Part shown: positions 27,527-38,962 of the stretch, piece by piece | Layout of the letters: each line of letters starts with the position of its first letter | How positions within the stretch are numbered: the stretch's first letter is position 1 | Source of the DNA: Octopus sinensis | Taxonomy: Eukaryota | DNA: 64,000 nucleotides | Assembly: GCF_006345805.1 (NCBI RefSeq) | Contig: NC_043014.1 | Coordinates: 43,586,001-43,650,000 of the forward strand | Reading direction: 5' to 3' | Notes under the pieces: model-generated | The model's input: the letters and a program-made list of their open reading frames with translations, nothing else | Told to the model about the DNA's origin: nothing | Database searches by the model: none | Position numbers and translations under genes: made by a program

Positions 27527-27905
27527 AAATGCTTTCTAATTGATGTATCAATACCAGCAGATGACAACATGTCTCTAAAAGAAATGGAGAAACTTTCAAA
27601 ATACAAAGACCTGGAAATGGAGGTAACCAGAATGTGGAATCTAAAAACAGAAACAATCCCTATCATAGTAGGTGCATTAGGCATGATAAAAATATATTCA
27701 GACAAATACATAACAAAAACACCAGGACTTACAAACACATATAACATACAGAAAATTGCACTACTAGGCACTGCACACATCCTATGCAGAACACTTTCCA
27801 TACAATAACCATCAGAGCATCACAACAAATCACAGCACATACCCAAGGCACACAGAGCTGTGCTCGGTAGTGAAGTGAAAGCACGCTATAAAAATAAAAC
27901 TACTG
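27527..27905 (+). mobile_element. 5'-truncated Dong/R4-clade LINE (restriction-like endonuclease C-terminus + 3'UTR)
   Basis: KCFLIDVSIPADDN...EKLSKYKDL...PIIVGALG...LLGTAHIL (stop 27808) matches the R4/Dong REL endonuclease pattern. It is flanked on both sides by (AAT)n, the known Dong target. Confidence 0.85.
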
Positions 27906-28202
27906 AATAATAATAATAATCAATTCTTTTTTATTGGCCACAAGGGCTGACACGCATGATTACATAAAGGGACAAGACAGGACGAAAGGTTACAAAGGGT
28001 TTTGCCGTTTTTTTAAAAACATCGAGTAAAAATCTTTATAACAACTTATAAAATTCAACAATGAAAAACTCCCAAAATGGGGAGACGTCTCGAAATGTTC
28101 CCGGTGGAAAAAACCCTACAAAAGCCACGGGAGCCTGGTCAAAAAAAAGGGGGTGTAGAGAGTCCCCTTTCTTCTCCTTTTACATTACCTTTTTCTTTGA
28201 AA

Positions 28203-31200
28203 TCACAGGCGAAACCTGAGAACTGGTCCATTTATACAGGCCAGTCTCGCACAATTCACCCCTTTCATAAAACTTGCTATCGGACAGCACTTTCTCCCCT
28301 AACCTCATCTTCCTTTTCAAGTGAAACTTGAAAAAGTTGATGAGGCCTTGACCAAAGAGGAAAGTGTCTGACTTTAGCCCTTTCAAACGAGTCCACCACA
28401 CGACTTCTTTCGCCACAGCCACAAGGCACAAGAAAACGGCCTCGCCCTCCTTGTTAAAGGAGGTCGGCGGGGCAATCTTCACTATGGATTCGGCCGATAG
28501 TCGGATCCGTCCTACACGTGACAGTAGCTGTTCGACATAAACCCATATTTCAGCAATACTCGGGCACTGGACGAGTGCGTGCAGAACGGTTTCGTCGTCC
28601 TGGCAACACCTCGGGCAGGCCCGGCTGACGGCACTTCCGTGCCGGTAGAGTTTATCTCGAACAGGCAGAGCCCCTCGGTAGCACTGCCAGGCGAGAGACC
28701 TCTGGAAATTATCATCGGCCCCGGCCCGAAAGTCCTCCGAACAGACCGCTCAGTTCGTCGTCTTCAACGCCTAGAGTTTCCCCGAGAACGTCGTCGCATT
28801 TTTCCTCCACTAACCCTCTATAGAACGCTAGAGTGGAGCTGTAACCGACCGCATTGCCCGCCTGGCGGAGGGCGGAGAGGCTTGACGGCACTCGAGGTGC
28901 CAAGCGCCCTTTCTCGGTCTACGTTTGATCCAGGTCTGCAGCTCCGTCAAAGAGACGAGCTGCGGAAAATCGCGTCTGACAAAAGACGACCACACCTGTT
29001 CACCGTCTAGGAAGCGCTTGAGATGCCGCAGCCTGAGCGCATGTCTGCGCAACAGCAACCACGGCATTCCAAGGCCTCCGTTCAGCGGTCGTTGACAGCA
29101 GATGGATCGCCTGACCAGTGGCACCTGACCCTTCCACAAAAAGTCGAAGAGCAGGCGTACCAGCTTGGCCAACCAGCGGTCGGGACAAGGGACGACGGTC
29201 AAGCGGTAATAGATGACGGATGCGATGTACGCATTCGCCACCTCCGCTCGACCTTTCAGGGACAGCTTCCTCTCGGCCCATTCTCTGGTGAGACGTGCCA
29301 CCCTGCTCGTCACCTCTTCCCAGTTCTTATCCACCTGGAGGTCCGGACCGAACCAGACCCCGAGCAGTTTAACGGGTCCGTCTGTCCAGCGCCCTACGAC
29401 GCTGTTGGACGGCATGGGCTTGCCTCTCCAGGTGCCCAGTTGCAAGCCCACAGACTTTTCCGCGTTAATCTTTGCCCCTGTCACCGCTTCGTACTGGTTT
29501 AGCGTCTCGCCAATCAGGCCAATGTGCCTGTGGCTCGACACCACCACGGTGACGTCGTCGGCATAAGCAGACACGCTGTTTCCCCTCCGCCTCTAGATCG
29601 CGCGGGATGCCCCTCAGCGCCTCCAACTTGCGCAGTAATGGCTCGAGAGTCAAAATGTACAAGAGGGAGGAGAGAGGGCATCCTTGGCGGACCGAACGCG
29701 AGATGTCGAACGGTTCCGAAAGGTGACCGTTCACCCGTATCACACCGAGCAGATGTTGCTGTATAAAGCAGCGATCCACCCGCGGAAGACTGGACCGAAG
29801 CCGGCTGCCTTGAGGACAGCTGCCAGGTACCGATGGTCGACCCTATCGAAGGCTTTACTCTGATCCAAGTTGATCAAAGCCCCACCCGCGCCAGCGTCGT
29901 TACCACCCTCTCTATGATGTAGCGCATGAGATGGAGGTTGTCGTGTATCGACCTGGTCGGCACGGCGCATGTCTGCGTCCCGCCGACCAGCTTGTCCACG
30001 ACAAGCGCCAATCTCTTGGCTTGCACCTTGGCCAAAATCTTCAACTCTGCATTGAGCAGAGTGATGGGCCGGAAATTCCCTATAACGTCCCCCTTGTTTG
30101 GGTCCTTCTTTAGCAAAGCCACCACCCCTCGACAGACAAAAGCAGGAATTCTCCCGTTTTGCTGCCAGTTGCAGTAGACGTTTGCCAACAGGTCCGCAAA
30201 CAAGTCTGGCATTGAAAAGTAAAGCTCGTAGGGCAGACCATCCAAACCGGCGATCTACCTCTCGTGCAACTCTTCATCGCTTCCTGTACTTCCCAGGCAG
30301 ATATCGGTCCTTCGCAGCACTCTGCCTCGCTGTCCGAGAGTTGCGGCAGTCCGTCCAGGTACACACCGAAGTCTGTACCGTTGGTGTCCGTTCCACCGCT
30401 CGTCCCAAACAGTTGAGCAAAGTGCCGCTGAAGCACCGTACACACTGCTTCGGTTGGGTAACCTCGCGCCCGTTCTGGTCCACCAAAGACCGAATGGTTG
30501 CTCTGTTGCCTCGCTTCGCCTCCGCCACGCGGGCCCATCGAGCGGCTCTAGTCCCCTCCCCGCTTAGCGAACGTGCCTTAGCTCTGACAACGCAGCCTTC
30601 GTGTTTGGCGTCGAAGTGTTGGTCGAGGGCCAACCTTGCCGCCAACACGTCGGTCGCGATGCCAGTGTCAAGAGCCTCGTCTAGTTTCTTAACTAATCCC
30701 GCTCCCTCTCTCTCTTCCTACGTTCAATAGCTAGAGTCTTACTATACCTAATCGACTCTACTCTAATTGCTCTCTTGAGGGCAAACACCAGTTGTTGTTG
30801 ATGATTGCCCCCGTGAGCGCGCCGTTAACTAGTAAACTAATCCGGTCTCTGTAAGCTTTGCACGCCGTTAACGACGCGTTCAGCTTCCAGTAGCCGGGTC
30901 CCTGTCTATGTAGCCTATCTAAGTCGACCGTACAGATCACTGATTTGTGGTCCGTATATTCGACTAGGTGGAATTGTGGACACCCTACGCTGTCCTTATC
31001 CGCTGGCCTACAAAACACTCTATCTAAGTACGATCTAGACGACCCGATGCGGTTTGTCCAAGTCCACATTGGCACATTCGGGTTGTCTAGTCGAAAACTG
31101 TCGGACAGCTGAAAGCGGCCGAGTAGGTTGGCGAGGCTCTTGCACCCTCCCCCTCTCCTATCAGACGCTCCCCTGCCCACCCGATCGAAACGTTCGTCTA

Positions 31201-31638
31201 AGACAGCGTTCCAATCCCCAACTAGTACTAGAGTGCGTGACGTTCCCAGGAAAACTTCCAGACGTTTGAAATAATCCGACTGCCCTGCTCCTGTCGGAGC
31301 GTAGGCAGCCAGCAGTCTGAAAGCACCGCCGTCACTACCGTCCACGTCGAGGACCACCAACTTACCTTCCGGATCCAAGAAGACTGTCCTTATTTTCAGG
31401 TCCAGGCCCTTCCGAAACAACACCGCAGTACCACCCACCGCCCGCTCCCGGCCGACACGGAGATAGAAATATCTCGTATCCGCCGAAAAGGGCTGCGAGT
31501 TCCTGCGGGTCGGAGAGCCTGGTTTCACTGATGGCTGCTACATCCACATCATGAAACCTCAGGTCGTTTAACAGGTGACCCTGTTTCCAAGGTGACCCGA
31601 GGCCTCTCACATTCAAGCAACCTTCTAAGATTTGCCAT
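28203..31638 (-). pseudogene. LINE ORF2: AP-endonuclease + reverse transcriptase + C-terminal CCHC region, split by frameshifts
   Basis: APE motifs NVRGL, AISET, AYAP, VGDWNA, SYLDRV, TDHKSV, YWKLNASL. RT motifs [57 protein letters not shown]. Thumb region KLSLKGRAEVAN...GGLGMP. C-terminal CPRC..DETVLH. ATG at 31638, TGA at 28203. These motifs are diagnostic of the L1/Tx1 group. Confidence 0.93.
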
Positions 31639-31682
31639 GTCTCAAAGTAGGGGAAAAAAAAAAAAAACGGAGAAAAAAGGCT

Positions 31683-33541
31683 CTACTTACTGTTGTTGGT
31701 GGTGGGGGTGGCTCCCTTGTGCTTTTGCACGGGTGCTTCCACAATGTTTTTATAAAGTTTCTTCGAGAAACTTTTCCCTAGCGATCCCACATCGTTAGGG
31801 AATATTTGTTTGATTTCATCATATGTTTTTGCATTTATTTTTATTGTGAGAATGTGTGCTGGTGGTGTGTTTGTGTGTGGTATGATGAAATCGGTTATAT
31901 GTTACTAGTTTTGTTTTTTTTTAAGTACTCCACTAGTTTTTGGTTCTTGTGTTTATTGATGTAATTGTGTCTGTGTGTGTTTGTGGTGTGGCAGTGGCAG
32001 TAGTGGTGTCGAAAGTGTTGTTGTTGTTGTTGTTGTGAGTGTGTTGTTTGTTGTTGTTGTTGTTGTTGATGTTGGGAAGCACTATTGTTCGTGCTTCCCC
32101 TGTAAATCTTTTTGTTTCTTCCTCCTTTTCTTCTTTGGAGGCACTATACTCCATTCTCCTTTGTTGGAATCAGAGCTCGCACAATCCGACTCTTCATCCG
32201 GCAAAGGAATGGTTGAGGGGTCTGCTTCAGTAGCAGGACGAAAAGTTTTGGTTCCACCGGTATCGGTGGTGCCGCTGCTCCTGTTACTGTTGATGTCGCT
32301 GCTGTCGACCTTCGAGGTACTGGTGTCGGTGTTGGTTTGGTGGTGGTTGTCGGTGTTGTTTGGTGGGTTGTTGTTGTTGGAGGTGGTGTTGCTCGTCTTG
32401 GTGCTGGTGTTGGTGATGGTGGTTGGTGGTGTGGCAGCCTTTGGTGTTTCTTGCTGTTTTTGTTGTTTCTGTTGTTGTTGCTTGTGTTGTTGTTGTTGTT
32501 GTTGTTGTTGTTGCTGCTGCCTCTTGCTATATTCTTCCATTCTCTTTTTTTGAATGGGGCAGTCCCTTTTTAGGTGGCTTTCGCTACTGCAGAGGAAACA
32601 TTTTGGCTTTCGCCCCTCTACAATAACATTTAGCCTTGTCCCATCCAGCAAGATGACAAAGTCAGGCATGGCATTGATGTTTTCCTGCTGGATCTGTACC
32701 AGCAGTTGAATTCCCATGCCTGACCAGTTCTTTTCTCGTACCCTCCGAACATTCAGAATAGTGGCAGTGTCCTCTATGCCATAGAGGACAGCCGCCACTA
32801 GCCATGAGATTTTCTGTTCGGGGGTATTGTGCTTATAGTTATTTTTTGTACCTTACGCCCGAGGTACATCGGGACGAGGAACAAATGTTCATTTTGCAAG
32901 GGCGAAATGGCGTTCGCCCTTGCAAGCTCCTCTGTTGGGAAGCGAACCTCCACGGTTCCAAATCGCTTCCCTCTTGTCACATAGCTCTTCTGGCCCCAAA
33001 TGGGCTTCAGAGCCATCTCTAACTGTTGTGGTGTGGCGTTAAACAATCTTTTAGTTTTTTTTCGAAGACTTTATAAAAGATTGTTCTTTTGTTTGTCTCT
33101 TGTGTGAGTTGTTGAGGTGTGTTGAGGAAAACACTGTTCCCCTCCTTTCTCAACAAATCTTGTGCCATCTTTATGTCCTCCATCGTATATCTACATCTTC
33201 CGAAATTTGCTTCGCAGCAGAAGCAAAATCGTTAGAGTTTTTAACATTTTTTGTTGGTTCTTGTCTGTATTTTTTGTCTGCTATAAGTTTCTTTTCCTCC
33301 CTCTTCGGTACAGCATCACTTGTTGAAGGCAGAGGAGGGAAATCAAGAGTGACGTCGAACGCGACGTCCTGGCTTGCGTTCTCCTTTTGAACCGAGCGCG
33401 TGCACTCCGGTTCGGAAGGAGGATCTTTGTTGCCTTTTACGGCTTGAAATGGGTTGTACGTAACCCGTGACGTTGCTTTTGTTCTTGTGGAGGGGGTGTT
33501 GCAAGAAGGAGGGAAGAGCCAGCAGCTCGTTTTAAAGCCAT
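31683..33541 (-). pseudogene. LINE ORF1 (gag-like, CCHC zinc knuckle, low-complexity Q/T/N tail), frameshifted
   Basis: ORF fragments 33171-33626, 32798-33046 and 32082-32798. VIVEGRKPKCFLCSSESHLKRDC is a CX2CX4HX4C knuckle preceded by the Tx1-like VEGR motif. Start (ATG 33541) and stop (TAG 31683) are inferred across frameshifts. Confidence 0.8.
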
Positions 33542-33761
33542 TTTGTAAATGTGTGTGTGCATAAAAAATGTCAATTTCAATGTAATAAAGAGCAATTTCA
33601 CCCCGAAGGGGCAAAATTTCGCCCAAACGACGAGCTCCGCAAGAAGCCGGTCGGTTTGGCTACAAAAATATTAAAAAATATTCAAGCTTATTAAAAAATT
33701 TCCAATAAAATTGGCACAAAACTCACAGAGCTGATTCACGTACGTCCATCGGCGTCGGGAG

Positions 33762-33803
<42 letters not shown>

Positions 33804-33804
<1 letters not shown>

Positions 33805-34095
33805 GATAAGGATGAATAGTGATGGTGCTATGTGTTTTGATCATAGGTTTGTCAATATGAAATGACTTGGGGTTAAACAACAACAACAAAACAAAATTTC
33901 TATTAATACTGAGCAAATAACAATGATTGTAATAATAATAATAATATAATAATAATAATAATAATAATAATATAACGATAAGGATGAATAGTGATGGTGC
34001 TATGTGTTTTGATCATAGGTTTGCTCAATATGAAATGACTTGGGGTTAAACAACAACAACAAACATTTCTATTAATACTGCAAATAACAATGATT

Positions 34096-34135
<40 letters not shown>
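33804..34135. repeat. ~172-bp tandem duplication bounded by (AAT)n
   Basis: CGATAAGGATGAATAGTGATGG... occurs twice. Confidence 0.9.
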
Positions 34136-34138
<3 letters not shown>

Positions 34139-34624
34139 TGATGAATTTAATAAGAAACCTTCAACATTTTATTAATGAAAAATAATTTTTTTCTTCTCAT
34201 TATTACAAATTTCCAAGGTGTAATTTAATTGCTTTGAAATTGTCTCTTCATTTCTAAAAATTGAGTTTTTCTTCTTCTCACTGAAACCGGTTGCCCACTT
34301 TCTCTTCTCTCACATTGTAGCACCACCGTCTTCACCGTTCTGGGCCCTTGACATCGTGGTTGTCTTAGAACTGTGACTTGAAAAGAATACTTGCGATTCC
34401 AATTCTGTGAATTAATTAATTCTTCCAAGTTTATGAAATTAAAATTTCTCAACAATGTGATCCTATTTTGACAGCAATTAAATATTCTTTTAAATTAAGA
34501 TGTATACATGTGCATTTGTGTGTGTGTGTGGTGTGTGTGTGTGCGCGCATGTGTGTGTGCATCGTGAGTATATTTGTGTGTGTGCATTATGAGTATGTTT
34601 TGTGTGCATGAGTATGTACACAAG

Positions 34625-35025
34625 TATTCTTTTACTCGTTTCAGTCATTTGCCTGTGGCCATGCTGGAGCACCGACTTTAGTCGAGCAAATTGACCCCAG
34701 TACTTATTCTTTGCAAGCCTAGTACTTATTCTATCAGTCTCTTTTGCCGGACCCCTAAGTTACGGGGACGTAAACACACCAACATTGGTTGTCAAGCAAT
34801 GTTGGGGAGACAAACACAGACACGCAATCATACACACACACACAAGCATATGCATATATACGACGGGCTTCTTTCAGTTTCCGTCTACCAAATCCACTCA
34901 CAAGGCTTTGGTCAGCCCGAGGCTATAGTAGAAGACACTTGCCCTAGGTGCCATGCAGTAGGACTGAACCCGGAACCATGTGGTTCGTAAGCAAGCTACT
35001 TACCACACAGCCACTCCTACGCCTA
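34625..35025 (-). mobile_element. SINE B
   Basis: Full-length reverse match. Confidence 0.88.
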
Positions 35026-35296
35026 CATACACACAGACACAAGACATTCACTGCAAAGGTGGTGGAATCAGTATCATCAGTGAGCTACTAAAACACTTCC
35101 AATTTGCAAACAACATCTTACTTTTTGTAGACATGTTAAATTCACTGACTGAGCAGTTTAGCAATAGGGCTCCAATTAACCTTTGGCTCACTGTATTAAC
35201 CCCTACTTCCCCTGTAGTAACAGGGCAGTGACAGGGGAAACAGTTCTGGAGAAAATGCTGTGTGCTAAAGGTTAAACATGTAGATAAATATATTAT

Positions 35297-35610
35297 TATT
35301 TATTTATGCGCCCCTTTTCATGCTTAGCCAGGCTCATGGGCCTGGTTTCCTGGTTTCTGTGGCATATGTGTTCCCCATATCTGGACGGGACACCAGACCA
35401 TCGCAGCATTACCCAAGAAACAGGAAGAGAGAGTGAGAGAAAGTTGGGCTGAAAGAGTACAACATGGTCGCCCCCCCCCCCGCCGGAGCCTCGTGTAGCT
35501 ATAGGTGTTTTCACTCAATAAACACACACAACGCCCGGTCTGGGAATCGAAACCGCGATCCTACAACCGTGAGTCCGCTGCCCTAAACTCTGAGCCATGG
35601 CGCCTCCACA
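35297..35610 (-). mobile_element. SINE family C head with a different tail
   Basis: First ~190 nt match 47680-47870; the 3' part (CTGCGATGGTCTGGTGTCCCGTCCAG...CATAAATAAATAAT) is unrelated. Confidence 0.82.
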
Positions 35611-35815
35611 TAAATTTATACAGTATGAAAATGTAGCATGTGCTGAATAGAGGAAGGAAGTGTTGAGAGAGGATGTGAAGGAGTAACATATAATATATAT
35701 ATATATATATATACATGCCAAAACATGAGTGTTGAAATTTTGTGCCGAGTAAGAGCCAGATGGAAGACATTTGCTTTGATTAACCCTTTAGCTTTTAGAT
35801 GACTCTGTCAAATGT

Positions 35816-36162
35816 GAAGGGTAAAAAAGAGTAAAGACCCCCTTCGGTCATGAAGGAAAGTTGAGATTGCATCTAGAAAATTACCCTCCGAGGCATAAAT
35901 CTGTGCAAGGTTGTTTATGGAAGACCACCAGTCACCCATGCATATCAGGTTTCCCTCTCTATGTCACTGATGTCCAAGGGAAAGGCAAAGGTCGATACAG
36001 CCTGGCACCAGTGACATCCCAACTCATTTCTACAGCTGAGTGAACTGGAGCAATGTGAAATTAAAGTGTCTTGCTCAAGAACATAACACACAGCCCGGTC
36101 TGGGAATCAAACTCACTACCTCATGATAGTGAGCCTGCCGCTCTAACCACTGAGCTACAAGC
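35816..36162 (-). mobile_element. tRNA-head CORE-like SINE inserted in a MITE
   Basis: Head followed by TTCTTGAGCAAGACACTT...TTGCTCCAG; 11-bp TSD CTGTCAAATGT (35805-35815, 36163-36173). Confidence 0.78.
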
Positions 36163-36409
36163 CTGTCAAATGTAATGCTTATTTATTCACAGTTTTGAAT
36201 TAATCAGGCATTATATTGTAGCTTCAAGATTTTGATTACATGATTTGTTTGCTTTTAGAATGGTCCCTGTGTCAGCTCTGGCTGGTTTGGATATGAAACA
36301 ATGTAGAATATTTGGGATTGGCATGACTGGATTAAAATACTAAAGGGCTACAGATCTGCTCTAAGTTCAGCTTAACAAAGACCCAAAATACCATTCTCTT
36401 CAATGGCAC

Positions 36410-36720
36410 TGTAGCACTGTCCTATCTTTACTCTTATATGCAAGTGAAATATGGACTGCTACGAAGAAGGAAGAACAGCAGTAGGTTACAGTAGTGATGG
36501 CCATGGAGAGATCCATGCTAGAAATATTACTGTGGGAATACATCTCAAGAACGGAGTGGACCGAATGAAGTGACTGCTGAATCCTGAAATCAAGCTCTGC
36601 GGGGCTGGACCTTGTCACAAGGTTCACAGACAAGAGGTGGAGGAGTGGAGTTGTTGTGCAGTTGTTAAGGGTATCCAAGTGACCTTTCAGAAGACTCTCT
36701 AAATGTGATGGGAAGACATA
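36410..36720 (+). mobile_element. Ancient RTE-clade RT/thumb fragment
   Basis: TVLSLLLYASEIWTATKKEEQQ...AMERSML and TRFTDKRW, with stops and frameshifts. Confidence 0.6.
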
Positions 36721-37140
36721 GCCAAACAATTCAGGCCCCAACAGGTTAACCTTTTAGTATTCAGATTACCCTATCAAATGTAAGTTTTTTATTTATTTAT
36801 ATGGTTTCATTGCCAGTACCGCCTGACTGGCCCCTGTGCCGGTGGCACGTAAAAAGCGCCCACTACACTGTCGGAGTGGTTGGCGTTAGGAAGAGCATCC
36901 AGCTGTAGAAACTCTGCCAGATCAAGATTGGAGCCTGGTGCAGTCATCTGGTTCGCCAGCCCTCAGTCAAAATCGTCCAATTCATGCTAGCATGGGAAGC
37001 GGATGTTAAATGATGATGATGATGATGGCTTTGAATTATCCATGCATTTTCTCATAGCTGTAAGATTTTCATGATACGACCCTTTATTTCAGGAATGATA
37101 TTGCAAGCTCAGTGTAAGAGGTTGAATCTAGCTGGTTTAA

Positions 37141-37359
37141 CCCTTTAGCGTTCAGATTATTCAATCAAACATAATGCCTATTGATTCCCATTGATTTGAA
37201 TTAATCATGCATTACCTCATATCTTCAAGATCTTGATGGTGTAATTACTTAATGTAGAATAACATTGTAGGGTAGGTGTGAGAGCCTGGATCTGGTCAGT
37301 TTGAACATAAAACAGATTAACTATTTTGGGCGGATATAGCCGGTTTAAATACTAAAGGG
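37141..37359. mobile_element. piggyBac-type MITE, family 2, nested in an older family-2 copy (36750-37418)
   Basis: TTAA-CCCTTTAG ... CTAAAGGG-TTAA; the host element sequence resumes on both sides. Confidence 0.85.
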
Positions 37360-37722
37360 TTAAACACAAAGAAAGTAGAATATTCAGGCCAAATATGGCC
37401 AGTTTGAATGCTAAATGGTTAAAGAAAATGTTCTGGTGGATAGGGGTGTCTATGAAACTAGCTTTCTCTTCCCCACTTTGTGAACTATAATTGCTTCCAC
37501 AATCATTCTTAATTTAAATGTAGTTTCTTTTTCCTTTTTCGTTTTCTTTCTTTTTTTTTTCTATTTTAGTCTCTTTCAATGAGGGTGGAATGATAAAATG
37601 GACAAGATATTGCCCTGGCTTGTTGCTTAATAGTTTCACTCCTTCTGTGTTTATTTTCATGCATTCCACTCGCCAAGGTGAATTAGATCCTAGAATTTTC
37701 TGGACAGTAAATTTTCTGGACA

Positions 37723-38120
37723 TAGGCACAGGAGTGGCTGTGTGGTAAGTAGCTCGCTTACCAACCACATGGTTCCAGGTTCAGTCCCACTGCGTGGCAT
37801 CTTGGGCAAGTGTCTTCTACTATAGCCTCGGTCCGACCAAAGCCTTGTGAGTGGATTTGGTTGACGGAAACTGAAAGAAGCCTGTTGTATATATGTATAT
37901 ATATATGTGTGTGTTTGTGTGTCTGTGTTTGTCCCCCTAGCATTGCTTGACAACCGATGCCGGTGTGTTTTATGAACCCGTCACTTAGCGGTTTGGCAAA
38001 AGAGACCGATAGAATAAGTACTGGGCTTACAAAGAATAAGTCCCGGGGTCGAGTTGCTCGACTAAAGGCGGTGCTCCAGCATGGCCGCAGTCAAATGACT
38101 GAAACAAGTAAAAGAGAGTA
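37723..38120 (+). mobile_element. SINE B
   Basis: Full-length match. Confidence 0.88.
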
Positions 38121-38962
38121 ACCTGTCATAATAAGAGTACTGTTTTGTTGAAGGTGAGGTTAATGTGGCATTGTATTCAGTGCCATGGAAACTTGAAGTG
38201 ACCCTTGTAGGTAGATGTCTCTGAATGTGATTGACGGAATTGCTAATGTTCCCGGTGTGAGCTTCAAACACGAAAAGATCTTTTGTTGTAATTTGACAAG
38301 GTTACACAAAAATTGTGCTAATGAGTCTGTATAGAGTATTAGCATAATTGAATCAGTGACTGGCTTCGTTAGTGAGTCGAGAAACACGACTGGCTGAATC
38401 AGTGATGATGATGCTGATGATGATGAGGATGTAGATTATGATAGGAAGAGAAAAAAAATGCTGCTGCTATTACTTTCACTACTAGTATAACTAATAATAA
38501 TAATAATAATAATAATAATATTGTTTTAATTACTCACAAGACCATCGATTTATAGCAGCTATAAAATTAGATTGTGCAAAATTTCATACCTTTTTAAATA
38601 GCACTTTGAAGGCTTAAGAACAGTGAAGAATTAAGAACAAAGGATGAAGACCTAGTCTTAGAGCAAATTTAGCAAAACGTTGAAGCCAGTTTTTGTAAGA
38701 AGAAAGAATATTGTTCATTCAATCAGCATTTGATCCTGTGAATTACTGGGCTGAGCCAGTTATTCAACAAGAGATTTACAACCTGCTACAAATATCTGCC
38801 AACTCACACCAAAAAATTAGAGGACACACTGGATTGTGTAATCATAGATACACTATGCCAGAAAGAAAGATGGTATGTTCCATGGTGGAATTTAGATAAT
38901 AGGTTCTCCTTGGTTGGGGCTGACCAGGGACTAAGTCGGCCTTGGTGGTATTTAAAAATATG

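Larger units (their letters stand above)
27922..33765 (-). mobile_element. Apparently full-length Tx1/L1-clade non-LTR retrotransposon (5'UTR-ORF1-ORF2-3'UTR)
   Basis: ORF1 and ORF2 motifs are collinear on the minus strand. The 5' end (ATTCCTCCCGACGCC...) begins directly after (TTA)n at 33763-33803. The 3' end (...CCCTTGTGGCCAATAAAAAAGAATT) abuts (AAT)n at 27906-27920. The interior is visibly richer in GC and CpG than the flanks. Confidence 0.92.

Noticed and set aside
28579-32626. Plus-strand ORFs over the LINE
   Set aside because: Antisense shadows of GC-rich or (CAA)n coding sequence.
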